Part shown: piece by piece, positions 11,885 to 23,816 of the stretch
How the letters are laid out: each line of letters begins with the position of its first letter
Position numbering within the stretch: the first letter of the stretch is position 1
Origin: Narcine bancroftii
Taxonomy: Eukaryota
DNA length: 64,000 nt
Reading direction: 5' to 3'
NCBI RefSeq assembly: GCF_036971445.1
Contig: NC_091469.1
Coordinates: forward strand, 151,900,001-151,964,000
Position numbers and translations under genes: made by a program
Notes under the pieces: generated by a model
The model's database searches: none
What the model saw: the letters and a program-made list of their open reading frames with translations, nothing else
What the model was told of the DNA's origin: nothing

Positions 11885-12402
11885 GAGAGAGAGCATGAGT
11901 GATTGTAATGAATCATGGGAGAGGCTCCATAAGCAGAAGAGATGACCGATGGGACGGTGACCATGGCGGAGGACCAGTGAGGGGCTCAGAGGCTGAAGAA
12001 CACACAGGCGGAAAGCTGTTGGCAACTCGAGGCGAGGAACCCACACAGGCTGATGGCAAATGTGGTCAAGGGTCTTGCACCAGGCTGCGGACTGCTGGCT
12101 GAAGGCATCCCAGGTACAGGAACTGAGATGTGAGAGGATGCCGACGGCAATTAAATCTTTCAGATCGTGTCGGAGGTTTGACTTTGGAGCTTGAATTGCT
12201 GATGGTTTGGACGAAAGGCAATGGGAGTGCTGGAGGTGAATCCACAGACACTCAGTGACTCCAGGGGTGGGGGAAGATGGGGGAACTCTCTTTCTCAGAC
12301 TGTAAGGAGCACCAAGCAATTTCTGCTGATGGCGTATCTAGACTAATGGAAATTCTGTGTAACATTACAGTTTTTGTTTTAATATGTGACAATAAAATAA
12401 TA
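11885..12402 (+). mobile_element. Non-coding retroelement family, copy B
   Basis: Colinear with copies A and C-E; ends ATGTGACAATAAAATAA. Confidence 0.75.
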
Positions 12403-12760
12403 TTGTATCTTCCTCTATTTTGTGCCTGTCCACTTCCACATTCATGTGGAGATTGAAGAGCTGATCCCACGTTTGCACCGTTTGCTGTCCACTGGGTAGC
12501 ATCCCCGATACAAAACATTCTGGGTTCAAGTCTCATTTCAGACACTGCAGCATGGAACATAAAACGCCATTTCTTATTAAACCGATGCCCCAACCACTTT
12601 GAGGGGAAGATAATGGTGCCATTTGAAATAAGAAAATTACTTCAGTAGGCTGATCAATAATCATCTTTCAATCAAAATGTACCGATTGATCATTGATCTG
12701 GTCATACAGTAGTTTTATTATAGCTTGCTGGGTGGAAATTCACTGCTCTAATTTATATCC

Positions 12761-12893
12761 TTTGGCTTGGCTTCGCGGACGAAGATTTATGGAGGGGTAA
12801 TGTCCACGTCAGCTGCAGGCTCGTTTGTGGCTGACAAGTCCGATGCAGGACAGGCAGACACGGTTGCAAGGGAAAATTGGTTGGTTGGGGTTG
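12761..12893 (-). mobile_element. RTE LINE 3' end, inserted in a DeuSINE
   Basis: Reverse complement of CCCCTCCATAAATCTTCGTCCGCGAAGCCAAGCCAAAG, nearly identical to 17243-17280 and 53733-53770. Confidence 0.88.
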
Positions 12894-12982
12894 GTAACAA
12901 CATTTCAAAGTACTTTCTTGGCTCCAAAGTAATCAGAGAGCATCAATCGTGGCACATGAAACCAAGCCTTTCATTTTAAAAA

Positions 12983-13660
12983 AAATGGTGGAGTTGCTGT
13001 AATGGCAGCAATGCTGCTGGTGTGGTCTTGGGAGAGTGGGAAGCAGAGACATAGCACTGCTCCGCAGGGTCCTACTGCCCGGTTGTCATGCCAACAGCTC
13101 CATACAGGCTTTAAACAGCCTGTTACGATGGTGTTTTCTGTAACCACAGAGGTCTGTTCCCAAGATGGCAGTGGAACACAAGATGACTGGGGCTGGGCAC
13201 CAGAAATGGGGGAGCACACCCTCCTTGAGAAGGAGAAGCCTGGGAGATGACCCTACAGAAAGGAGACCATGGCAGTGGATCAGCGAGGTGCTCAGCCGCT
13301 GAAGTAACACACAGGCTGTAGGCTGCTGGCAACTTGCAGTTGAAAGACTCGCACCAGTCTTTGGGCAGCTAGAGTCCGGCTCAAAAGAACCAGGTATCTG
13401 AACCTGGATTTGAGAGGAAGCTGAAGGCAAGAAGGCCCCCAGGCACTGAAAATTTCCTAATCGTATCTGAGATTTGGATCTGGAGCTCATGTCGCCGATG
13501 GTTCTGTGAGGCTGCAGGTGCTCGGTATCTCTGAAGGGACTCCCTTTCTTATTGTTGGGGGTGCTGCTGGGCAATGCTCATGACGACTCTTTGTTTGCCT
13601 TGATGGCTGGCAGGTGACATATTTCGTTCATATTACATTTTTTGCATTTTTACATGGCAA
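12983..13660 (+). mobile_element. Non-coding retroelement family, copy C (near full length; a SINE interrupts its tail)
   Basis: Head AAATGGTGGAGTTGCTGTAATGGCAGC shared with 16422; tail ACATGGCAAT resumes as AAATCTCAAATCTTG after the SINE. Confidence 0.72.
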
Positions 13661-13662
13661 TT

Positions 13663-13883
13663 GGGTGATGTGGTTGGTGTTGCAGTTAGCACAGCACTTT
13701 ACAGCGCCAGCAATCAGGACTGGGGGTTTGAATCCCACGCTGTCTATAAGTAGTTTGTACCTTCTCCCCATGGGGCTCCAGTTTCCTCCCACCTTTTGAA
13801 TTGTGCCGGGGTGCAGGTTAATTGAATGGCCTCGACTCGTGGGCTGAAATGACCTGTTACCAAGCTGTATGTCTAAATTAAAA
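13663..13883 (+). mobile_element. tRNA-derived V-domain SINE (young family)
   Basis: GGTTTGAATCC B-box, GCTCCAGTTTCCTCCCAC V-domain, CCTGTTACC..GCTGTATGTCTAAATT tail. Sister copies at ~14187-14413(+), 32650-32861(+), 36025-36200(-), 40553-40797(-), 48372-48600(-), 51110-51367(+), 51930-52137(-), 53250-53475(+), 55510-55672(+), 60412-60612(+). Confidence 0.88.
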
Positions 13884-13969
13884 TATGGAAATCTCAAATC
13901 TTGGTTGTTCAGATCGACCATCTGCCTGATGTTCGTTGCTGACCAACACAAGGGCAAACATCAGCTGAC

Positions 13970-14100
13970 CTGGAATTAATTGGTGAAGCAGGAGGTGAGG
14001 ATGGAGCAGGTACATCGGTTTCATCTTCTTCATCTTCATCCCATTCCTCTTCCCTTAAGGGAGTTATGTTGTTTCCCAACCAAACCGAATGAATGGAGAC
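13970..14100 (-). CDS. HTT: Huntingtin coding exon ~58 (131 nt)
   Basis: [44 protein letters not shown]; acceptor tgtgctcag|, donor |gtcagc. Confidence 0.97.
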
Positions 14101-14186
14101 CTGAGCACAACAGACAGGAGCACTTTACGAACAGAAGATCAAGAACGACATTTTCCCACTCGTCACGTCGATGATATATAGTTTGA

Positions 14187-14413
14187 GCAAAGCAGTGCCG
14201 AAGATTGGGACCGAGGTTCAAATCCCTCACGGTCTGTAAGAAGTTTGCACATTCTCCCCAAGTCGGCGTAGGTTCCCTCTGGTGCTCAGGTTTCCTCCCA
14301 CCCTTCAAAACGTTCGGGGGTTGTATGTCAATTGGGTGTAATTGGGCGGCACAGGCTAATGGGCCAAAAGGGCATGTTACCGTGCTGTATGTCTAAATGA
14401 AATTCAAATTAAA
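14187..14413 (+). mobile_element. tRNA-derived V-domain SINE
   Basis: GAGGTTCAAATCCC...GGTGCTCAGGTTTCCTCCCAC...GTTACCGTGCTGTATGTCTAAAT. Confidence 0.88.
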
Positions 14414-14527
14414 TGGCAACTGTTCTGCATTCATTGAGAATCTGGAGGGATTGAGTGGGTCGGGCAACATCCATGGAGAGAAATGGATCGGGTTAGGATC
14501 CTTTCTTCCGACTCAATAATACTGTAC

Positions 14528-14610
14528 CTGTCCCAGTTTATAATCCATATTCCCCATCTCCCGTTCTGTGTTTATTTGCAGTAGAAGTTTTTCATGGCTT
14601 ATCAGGACTC
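14528..14610 (-). CDS. HTT: Huntingtin coding exon ~57 (83 nt)
   Basis: (G)[27 protein letters not shown]; acceptor aaatttag|, donor |gtacag. Confidence 0.96.
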
Positions 14611-15261
14611 CTAAATTTAATAAAACAAAAGGCAACCAACGATTATAAGCACTCATTTATAATTAAACCATACAGAGCACTAACAGGCCTTTTTGGTCCA
14701 AGAGCCCGTGACACCCAATTAACCTGCAACCCCCAGTATGTTTCTATCATTGTGAGATGTACCTATTCAATTTCCAAATGCAAGCCACAAGAAAGCTAAA
14801 CACTAAGTTCCCACTTGCATCCCCCCCCCACCCCACCGAGGTGAATTTAACCTCCTCTATTGAAACCTGGAAATAATTCCAACATAACCATTGCTGCAGA
14901 GCTTCGTGCTAATTACACGTGAAACTTAAACTGACTCGACAATGTAGTCCAGCTGATCTTCTCCCTTCAGGCTCTTGCACCCTCACCTCTGACATAAATC
15001 TTTGGACATTACAGAATAGAACAGTGCAGCAAAGGAACAGGGCCCCTCAGCACAGATATCTGCCCTGGCCACGATGCCCAAATTAAACTAATCGTCTAGT
15101 GCTGGCAGGTGAGACCCATCCCTCTTATTCCCTGCATCACCTCCCCTCATTTGCAGCCTACAGATTATAAATGTTCAGAATTAGCAAATCCAGAACAATA
15201 AGAGCCAGATAGACAAATAAAAACTTGTAACTGAAAGAGACCAGCTAGCACAGTGACACAC

Positions 15262-15401
15262 CTGACGTTGAATGAGAGAGAGGTGGGACGGGGTCCCATG
15301 CTTGATAAGGGTACCGTGAAACTATGTTGTCTCGTTTGGACACCATTGCTTGGATTTCTCGCTCCACTATTCCACGAATGGCACTCAGTTTTCTTCCAAA
15401 C
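15262..15401 (-). CDS. HTT: Huntingtin coding exon ~56 (140 nt)
   Basis: [46 protein letters not shown]; acceptor tgtttccag|, donor |gtgtgt. Confidence 0.97.
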
Positions 15402-15499
15402 CTGGAAACAATGATTGCCAACATCTCAACTTCAATTTCAACATCAACATACCACGTCCTGGTCTGACTTATGTCAGACCAGCATGACTGCAATCATTA

Positions 15500-16372
15500 A
15501 TACATGGTACAGACTGGTACAACACAACTTTCCACACCAGCTGTACCTGACACCGCAAAAACTGAACAGATCAAAACCAGAACGGTCAGACCAATGCTTT
15601 AGATGTGGCATTGAGACAGGAACCTCTGTGCACACAACCTGGACATGGACCAAGATGAGACCCTTCTGGGTGGAACTAGGTCAAGTCCTAGAAAAAAAAA
15701 TCATAGGTACAGAATTTCCACAGGACCTAGATTTGTTCCTGTTGGGAAACATAATGGACATAAGACTTATAATGAACCTGTCTAAATTTAAAATCCAATT
15801 CGTAATGATTGCATTGACACTGGGCAGGAAATGCATCGCGACAACCTGGAAATCTGACTCCTACCTGAGGATTACACGTTGGAACACAGAAATACAAAGC
15901 TCTGTTCCCCTAAAGAAAATTACTTACAACTTAAGAAAAAAGTATAACACTTTTTTGAAAATTTGGCAACCATACTTAAATTCCATAGGAGCACAATTAT
16001 GGTGTGGACTGTCGCACCTTACCGTCCTACCTTCCCCGTCTATCCCTCAATCAATGAGGGGCGGGGTTCCAACACATCCAGGAAAAGTCAAGAGAAGAAA
16101 ACAGCCCGAGTCCTGGCAGCTGTGTCATGACAAACCCATAAAACCTTGATATCTGTCTTATTCCTTTGTTGTGTGTCTTGAATGTTGTGTGTAACTGGTT
16201 ATATGTTAAATGTGGAGGTTGGGGAGGGAGGGAGATGAAAAGAGCTTGAATTCTGCAGAAAACTGAATAAGATGGATAACTGTAAATTGTTGTCAATACT
16301 GATACTGTTAACACCGACGCTGATAACTGAGTTGAAGTTTGGAAAATAATCAATAATATTTTAAAAAAAACA
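15500..16372 (+). mobile_element. L1-clade LINE 3' fragment (ORF2 C-terminal Cys-rich domain, 3'UTR, A tail)
   Basis: HQLYLTPQKL...CFRCGIETGTSVHTTW...FW...ARKCIA-like...FLKIWQPYL motif series; A-run at ~16363. Confidence 0.85.
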
Positions 16373-16421
16373 ACATACCACATCCAAACCTGACGAGCTC
16401 AAAACATGGGTGCTTAGTAAA

Positions 16422-17805
16422 AGAGACAGTGGAGCTGCTGTAACGGCAGCGCTGATCTGGTCCTGGGAGAGCTTGGAGCTCTGTTGGGTCCTACTGCCCG
16501 GACCTAATGTTGTTGGCTCCATACAGGCTTTAAACGGCCCGTTAAAGGAGCGCAAAGAGATAGACAACAGACTCGCCAAGGCAAATAGCGCCTTTGGAAG
16601 ACTACACAAAAGAGTCTGGAAAAACAACCAACTGAAAAACCTCACAAAGATAAGCGTGTACAGAGCCGTTGTCATACCCACACTCCTGTTCGGCTCCGAA
16701 TCATGGGTCCTCTACCGGCACCACCTACGGCTCCTAGAACGCTTCCACCAGCGTTGTTTCCACTCCATCCTCAACATTCATTGGAATGACTTCATCACCA
16801 GCATCGAAGTACTCGAGCTGGCAGAGGCCACAAGCATCGAATCCATGCTGCTGAAGACCCAACTGCGCTGGATGGGTCACGTGTCCAGAATGGAGGACCA
16901 TCGCCTTCCCAAGATCGTGTTCTATGGCGAGCTCTCCACTGGCCACCGAGACAGAGGTGCACCAAAGAAGAGGTACAAGGACTGCTTAAAGAAATTTCTT
17001 GGTGCCTGCCACATTGACCACCGCCAGTGGGCTGATATCGCCTCCAACCGTGCATCTTCGCTCATCTCAGTTCGGCGGGCAGCCACCTCCTTTGAAGAAG
17101 ACCGCAGAGCCCACCTCACTGACAAAAGACAAAGGAGGAAAAACCCAACACCCAACCCCAACCAACCCATTTTCCCTTGCAACCGCTGCAACCGTGCCTG
17201 CCTGTCCCGCATCAGACTTGTCAGTCACCAACGTGGACATACCCCTCCATAAATCTTAGTCCGCGAAGTCAAGCCAAAGAAAGAAGAAAAAGGAGCGCAG
17301 GGTACCAGAAATGGGGAGAAAATCCCCCACCCTGTTGAGAAGCACAGGACCTGACCCTACAGTACAGGGATCACAGCAGCAGACCAGCAAGGGGCTCAGC
17401 GGCTGATGGACCCCACAGGCTGTAAGCTTTTAGTGACTTGAAGGACTAACACAAGTTGTGAGGTTGCTGGAGATGACTGGCTCTTGGCAACCAGGTTTTG
17501 GAAATGGGATTCGAAAGTGAAGAGGGAAAGAAGGACTCCCAAAGGGCCGTTGTCGCTGGAAGCTTCCTGATCATATCAGAGGTTTTGATCTGGAGCCAAG
17601 ATTGTCGATCAGAGGTTTGGATGTGGAGCTCGGACTGGCAAAGGCTGAGAGAGTGCTGGAGACAAATCCACGGACACTCAGTGTCTCTGAAGGGACTCTC
17701 TTTTGATTCTATTTCTCTTAATGTAAGGATCACTAATGCCAGCTCTTTGCCTTACAGCAGGTAGAAGGAAATTTGTGCAATATTACATCATGTACTGTTT
17801 CATAA
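16422..17805 (+). mobile_element. Non-coding retroelement family, copy D, interrupted by an RTE insertion
   Basis: Halves 16422-16554 and 17289-17805 join to match copy C (CTCCATACAGGCTTTAAAC.GCC.GTTA ... CCAGAAATGGGG). Confidence 0.75.
16555..17288 (+). mobile_element. RTE-clade LINE, 5'-truncated, 11-bp TSD
   Basis: RLAKANSAFGRL...LLFGSESW...ERFHQRC...QLRWMGHV.RM...C..C.R.C.SRI.L.SH; (AAG)n tail; TSD AAAGGAGCGCA at 16544-16554 and 17289-17299. Confidence 0.93.
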
Positions 17806-17994
17806 GGAATGTCAAAAATGCAATATCAGTTTACTTTAATAGTGAATCAGCTGGAGGGTATCAGCGTTTTCTATAACATCTGTAAAATTAATTTGAGGCA
17901 CTTTTCTTCCTTAAAAGATGTTTAGAAATACTTTTTCCATAGAATTAAAAACTGGCAGGGTATCTGAACATATCTAGTAAATTGTACGACTGAC

Positions 17995-18149
17995 CTGGTA
18001 TCCAGAGCCTTCAGAGCTTTGTTACGGGGCTGATGCTCTAGACAGCTTGTAGCTGGATTTCCTGCCACTGGAATTGTCATGGCACTTAGTACCAAAGATG
18101 TAATTGCTTGAACTGCAAGAATGTTAATCTGGGTTCTTTCTGTATCCTC
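17995..18149 (-). CDS. HTT: Huntingtin coding exon ~55 (155 nt)
   Basis: [52 protein letters not shown]; acceptor ttttacccag|, donor |gtcagt. Confidence 0.98.
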
Positions 18150-18898
18150 CTGGGTAAAAATAAAAATAAAATGTACAGCAAAAGGAATCCAAAGGACAAA
18201 AGAGACTCTTTCAAATAAAAAGGCCAGCTGCTCAGAAATAGGATGCCGTTCATCCCTCGAGTCTCCTCCACTGCTCTGTTGCATCAGAGCCAATCCTTTT
18301 CTTAAAGTTATCAACTTGCCTTGGTCCATAACCTTTAACACCCAACTCCTGCTGAAAACTCATCAATTCTTTCCCAGCCCAAGCTACCATCAGTTTTCTT
18401 CACAAGTTGCAAATATCTCTTTCCATGATCATCCCAAATCTAAATGTAAATGATGTCACCCCTCACTAATAGCTTTCCTGTATATCAACTCGATCAAATC
18501 TTCAGCACCTCAGCAACATCGTCGTCGATCTGAGACAATGGAAGGAAATACTGTGGACATTCAGACAACAGGAGAACCCCAATCAGCTCATGGCAATGTC
18601 GCTTTTGTGGGAACCAAAGGGGTCAAGGAATCCTGGGAGACATTCCTGATCAACATGTGATGAGAGACACTTGCAAAAAGGATAAATAGAATTGAATAAT
18701 AAATACCATCATTTAATATTCCAGTCATTACAATTCTTTTTTAAAAGTGCACACTCCAGGTTTTATTTAGGGGCATTTGTGTACATTTTGGTTTGACCAT
18801 GTAAAAATTTCAGCACTTTTTATTCGTAGTCCCCTCATTTCAAGGCACCATAATGTTTGGGACATAGCAATGGTATGTATATTAGTCATGTTTAGTAC

Positions 18899-19342
18899 AA
18901 CAATGAAGAAGCTGTTTACATCCGATACCGCACAGATGGCAGTCTCTTTAATCTGAGGTGCCTGCAAGCTCACACCAAGACACAAGAGCAACTTGTCTGT
19001 GTACTACTCTTTGCAGACGATGCCGCTTTAGTTGCCCATTCAGAGCCAGCTCTTCAGCGCTTGACGTCCTGTTTGGCGGAAACTGCCAAAATGTTTGGCC
19101 TGGAAGTCAGCCTGAAGAAAACTGAGGTCCTCCATCAGCCAGCTCCCCACCGTGACTACCAGCCCCCCCACATCTCCATCGGGCACACAAAACTCAAAAC
19201 GGTCAACCAGTTTACCTATCTCGGCCACACCATTTCATCAGATGCAAGGATCGACAATGAGATAAGCAACAGACTCGCCAAGGCAAATAGCGCCTTTGGA
19301 AGACTACACAAAAGAGTCTGGAAAAACAACCAACTGAAAAAA
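18899..19342 (+). mobile_element. RTE-clade LINE internal RT fragment
   Basis: YIRYRTDGSLFNL...LLFADDAAL...FGLEVSLKKTEV...FTYLG; last ~85 nt nearly identical to 16556-16640. Confidence 0.92.
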
Positions 19343-19589
19343 CATATTCCTTGCATGCAACTACTGCTGAAGTCTGTGATTCATAGGACATCAGAAGGTG
19401 TTGAGTATCTTCTCTAGTTATGCTCAGCCAGACCTCTACTGCAGCCATCTTCAGACATTACAATTCTACTTGGCAAAGTATCTTAAACATATTTCTCAGA
19501 ACTATATATCCTTGGAGCAGAAATGCTAGTCTCTTGATACAACCTGAGTATCCACTAATTTGAGGCAAGAATGAAATTGGTTTTAAAAG

Positions 19590-19918
19590 TAAGGTATTGG
19601 AACTGGGATTCAAGAGGGTGCTGAGGGAAGAAGGGCTTTCAAAGGGCCTTGTGCGTTGAAAGATTCCTGATTGTATCGGGGGGGGTTTGGATCTGGAGCT
19701 CAGGTTGCTGATGGTTTGAACATGTCTGGGAGGCTGAAGGAGCTGTAGGAGCGCTGGAGGCAAATGCACAGACACTCAGTGACTCTGAAGTGACTCCCTT
19801 TTGCTTCTCTTTCTCATTATTGGAGGAGCTCGGCAATACTAATAATAACTATTTGTTTGCCTTATGGCAGGCAAAAGTTGAAATATATTGTATATATTAC
19901 ATTATTTGTATTACATAA
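19590..19918 (+). mobile_element. Non-coding retroelement family, copy E (3' part)
   Basis: GGTTTGGATCTGGAGCTC...CAGACACTCAGTGACTCTGAAG...TTTGCCTT as in the other copies. Confidence 0.72.
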
Positions 19919-20856
19919 ACATAGAGCATTACCACACATACAGACCCTATGGTCCACGATGTTGTGCCGATCTCTATAAACCTACTAATCTACAAGGTTA
20001 CTTCAAAGTTCAGTCTTTCAAATTCAGTGTTGAAACGTAGGTCTTTCAAACTTCATGCCCAGAATTAATGTTGAACTGATGGGACGACTGGAGTTGTCGC
20101 TGCTACAGGCTCATGAATTCTTCTTGCTTTGCCTTTGAAGAAATGTTCATCCACATGAGTTGTGGTCCTTCTGTAGGTAAGACCTGAATTGGGCGGCCTC
20201 CACGAAATTTCCAAGACCCTGGCACCGGTCTCTCCGAGCGACCTTCACTGTTAGTCACACTCAAAAGGAAGCTCTTTGCTTCTCAAAAGACCCTCCTGGC
20301 ACGTTAATCTACCGAAAAGGCCCAGTCATTCACAGAACATGCTTTGCTCTGAATTTCACAAAAATGGCTGACCACAAGGGCTGCTTCAAACAGTTTTCTC
20401 TCCAGCCATCAGAACGGTTCTCCCCTGCAAAAATCACAATGTCTTTGGAAATGTATCAAATCTGGATCAGACTGTGACAAACCTTCCCTCAGTAATTCCA
20501 ATGTATTGAATTGTCACTGGGCTGTGACTTGTGATGGTGATTGTGTGAAATGTTAAATGTCAGCTGTGACCATTCAGTTCTTCCTGTCTATACTATCCCT
20601 TATAGTGATAATGCCATTTTGCTAAAACTAAGAATTACATCAAGAAAAATGCTTGTAACTTGGCAGTTAATCAAGACTGTCTGCAGATGCTGGGCAAGTG
20701 CAATACACAAACATACTTGAGAAAGTCAGCTGGTCGCGCAGCATCCATCGGAAGCCAGGCCCAAAACATTGGTTATCCTCGACTTCCTGTGGATTCTGTG
20801 TGACCTGCTGAGCTTCTCCAGCACTTTTGTGTATTGCACTCATAATTTGACAACTG

Positions 20857-21896
20857 CAGTACAACTCCGAATATCCAAAATCCTCAGTTATCCTGTAGCA
20901 GCTTGTGGCGACACAGAAGACGCTGTTTGAATACGGCAACCATGCAGGCTACACGAGGCCTTTGCAGCCTATTCCCATAGGCCTCTGCAAAATGGGCTCT
21001 GCCAGCCAATCGCTGGCGACAGATTGCAAAAGGGCAATCAACGCCCAGGGCGGTACAAACCACGCCCATCGAGGATGCTGTAGCAAAACGGGTTGATCCG
21101 GCCAATCACCGACAGTGGGTCGTGCGGACATCAATCAGAACCTGAAGGAACACGGGTCACGCCCGTCAATCACATGGCAGCCAGGGTCTGCCTGACTATC
21201 GCCAGTTCATTAAATCAGTGTCAACTGCACTCCTCATTGTGTATGTCTTAATTCTGAGCTAGAATCTTGAGACATGCCACAATCTGAAATTTGTTTGGAC
21301 CCAGAAATTTTAATTCACCCAATATGAAATTAGAACGATTGTCCTCATTTCAGGTAACTCCGTCTCCTCTCTCTTTCCATTTCTTCTTTACCTACCCCTA
21401 ATGACTTTTCTCTCCAACTCTCTCTCAAACTGCTCGCCACTGTCTCCTAGCTGCAAGCAGCTGGAAGAATCATCAAGGAGAGCGGCCTCCTGGGCAGGAG
21501 CAGGGACCTCGGTGGGGAGGTGTCAGTCAGTGATGGCGGTTGGGAGTGGATCTGTGTCGGGCTCCAAAATTGAGAACCAAGACACGAAGATGGAACAGCC
21601 CCTGCAAGAACAGGAGCCCACTGTCTCATCAGTGAGCGTTCCACCGGCCTGGGAATCCTCACCGTGGATAGGTAGCAGTCAGAGATTGGTGGCAGCCAAC
21701 ATCTTTTTGGTGAGAATTAAACATTATTTTAATGCTTTAAAAAGCCTTCCCTTGATGTTTGTTGTTGTTTAAACATTGATACAAGTGATTCGCTGTTACT
21801 ACTGGGATGTTTTTAAAAAAAATAACTAGTAATCCGAAAATTTCAGTTATCCGACATAGGTCTGGTCCTGACCCTTTTGGATAATCAGTTGTACCG
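20857..21896. mobile_element. Tc1/mariner-type MITE hosting a solo LTR
   Basis: TIRs CAGTACAACTCCGAATATCCAAAA / TTTTGGATAATCAGTTGTACCG; sub-terminal ATCC.AAA.T..TCAGTTATCC repeats at both ends. Confidence 0.7.
20894..21281 (+). mobile_element. Solo LTR (388 bp)
   Basis: TGTAGCA...TGCCACA termini, ATTAAA near the 3' end, 4-bp TSD ATCC/ATCT. Confidence 0.78.
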
Positions 21897-23816
21897 TTTT
21901 CACATCACTACTGCTTATGTACTATAACAGCCACTTCCAAGTGTCCAAACACCAGCTTCTTGCACAAGTGAAACACCTTTTTTCCTTTCCTCATTCAACC
22001 CAGAAGTACAGAGTTGGGGAAATGATGGAAGTGAAGCGAAGATACCCCAGGCCAAGCAACCACCAAGTATGGACTGCACAGTAGCAGAATGATGACAGCT
22101 GCAGCTCACAGCTCCAGGGAACCTGGTTCATTCTCCGCATGACCTTTTGTTGTGGTTTGCTGTCGGCATTTCCATTTCTCCCCCACTCATCCCAAACGCA
22201 CTATTTCCAAGGGTCAGAGGTTTCTTTGGCAAGATTTGGCAGGTTAATTGGCCACTGCAAGTTGCACTGAGTACACAGGTGTGGGAGGAGAACAAAATGG
22301 AAATCAATGTAGATGGGCTCTTCAATGGATATTTAAAAGCTTGCATAAAAAGAGGACAGCTGGGGAGAAAGGGCAGGGGAATTAATAAAAGGGAAACAAG
22401 GAAATGACAGACAAGTTAAATCAATATTTTTCACCAATCTTCAGAACAGAGAACACTGCAAATATCCCAAAGATAATAGATAGGGAGTTTCAAATTGCAC
22501 GGAGAAACTTGTAATAATCTTATCACAAGGGAGTACATATTGGAAAAAACTAATAGGACTAAATGCACACACATTGCCAGCACTGAGGGCTTGTACACGA
22601 AGGATTCAAAGGAAATGGCTGCAGAGATCAGAGCTAGAGCGGATGCAGAAAAGATTGTCAAGGATGTTGCCAGGACTGGATGAGAACTTGAGTTACAAGG
22701 AGAGGGAGTGAGGGGGGAGAGAATATGTTGCAATTGTTCTTCCTGGACCAGAACTCCAGAAAACTGGAGACTGTGGAGGGTATCCTTATAAAACCTGAGA
22801 CAGGGACAGGCCCAAGTTAAACTAAAACTCTTCTGCCTGTAAATGATCCATATCCCACCATACGTCTATCTAAAAATCTCTGATTATTTTCCACCATTGC
22901 CTCTGGGAGCCTGTTCCAGACACCAACTACTGTGTTAAAAAACTTTCACCCTCTCATTTCAAATGTATGTCATCTGTCCTGAGAAACTTCTATCCTGAGA
23001 AACAATTAGTGTAGCGATTAATGCAACGCTGTAACAGCGCTGACACTAAGGAATTGGTACATTCTCCCTGTGGGTTTTCTCCAGGTACTCCTTTTCTTCT
23101 CACTGTTCAAAAGTTTTACCATCCTGTATATCTAAATTTAACATAAGATTCTGACTGTCTGCCCTGAATGCCCTATCTGTGCTTCTCATAATTTGATAAA
23201 CTTTATCAGGTAAAGAGGTTTACAAAATCTCTAAGTGGCATAGACAAGGTGAATGGTCAGTTATTTCCACCAAGGTAGAGAAGCATAGAACGAGAGACCA
23301 TAGTTTAAGTTTAGAGAGGAAAGATTGCATTCAAAGTTTGAGAGATTCACCAGGCTAAGGTTGTAGTCATTTAATGGAGGTGGTTAATCTCCAGAATTCT
23401 CTTCCTCAGAGGACTGGGGAAGACAAATCTCTGGACGTCTTTGAAGAGAAGGGCTACAGTGAACTGGCACAAAAGGGGAGTTGATGCCCAAGTAAATCAG
23501 CCATGATTGTATGAACTGGAGGGTTAGGTGGAAGTGGCCAGGAACCCAGCTCCTATTTTCACGTACATGATGGCTAATTGCAGTCTTGGTGGGGTGAAGG
23601 GCCTGTTCCCATACTATGTTTAGCAAAAAATTTGGGGAGATGCCAGTTAAGGTTTTTTTTTAGCCAGAGAGTGGTGGGTGTCAGGAATGCATTGCCGAGG
23701 GTGGTGGTGGAGGTTGATTTAAAAGGCTCTCAGATAGGCACATAGATGCAATAAAAATGGCGAGTTATGGGTGTGAGGTAGGGAAAAAATTAGACTGTTG
23801 TGGGATAGGTCTATGT

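Noticed and set aside
13663-14413. tRNA genes (GGTTCAAATCC / GGTTTGAATCC B-boxes)
   Set aside because: SINE heads followed by a V-domain and LINE-like tail; no complete cloverleaf.
15415-17252. 244-aa and 280-aa ORFs as host genes
   Set aside because: C-terminal parts of L1 and RTE ORF2 fused by chance to upstream flank; TSD and tails are visible.
19990-20642. Possible reverse-oriented LTR fragment
   Set aside because: Looks repeat-like, but I could not define both termini, a TSD or a second copy.
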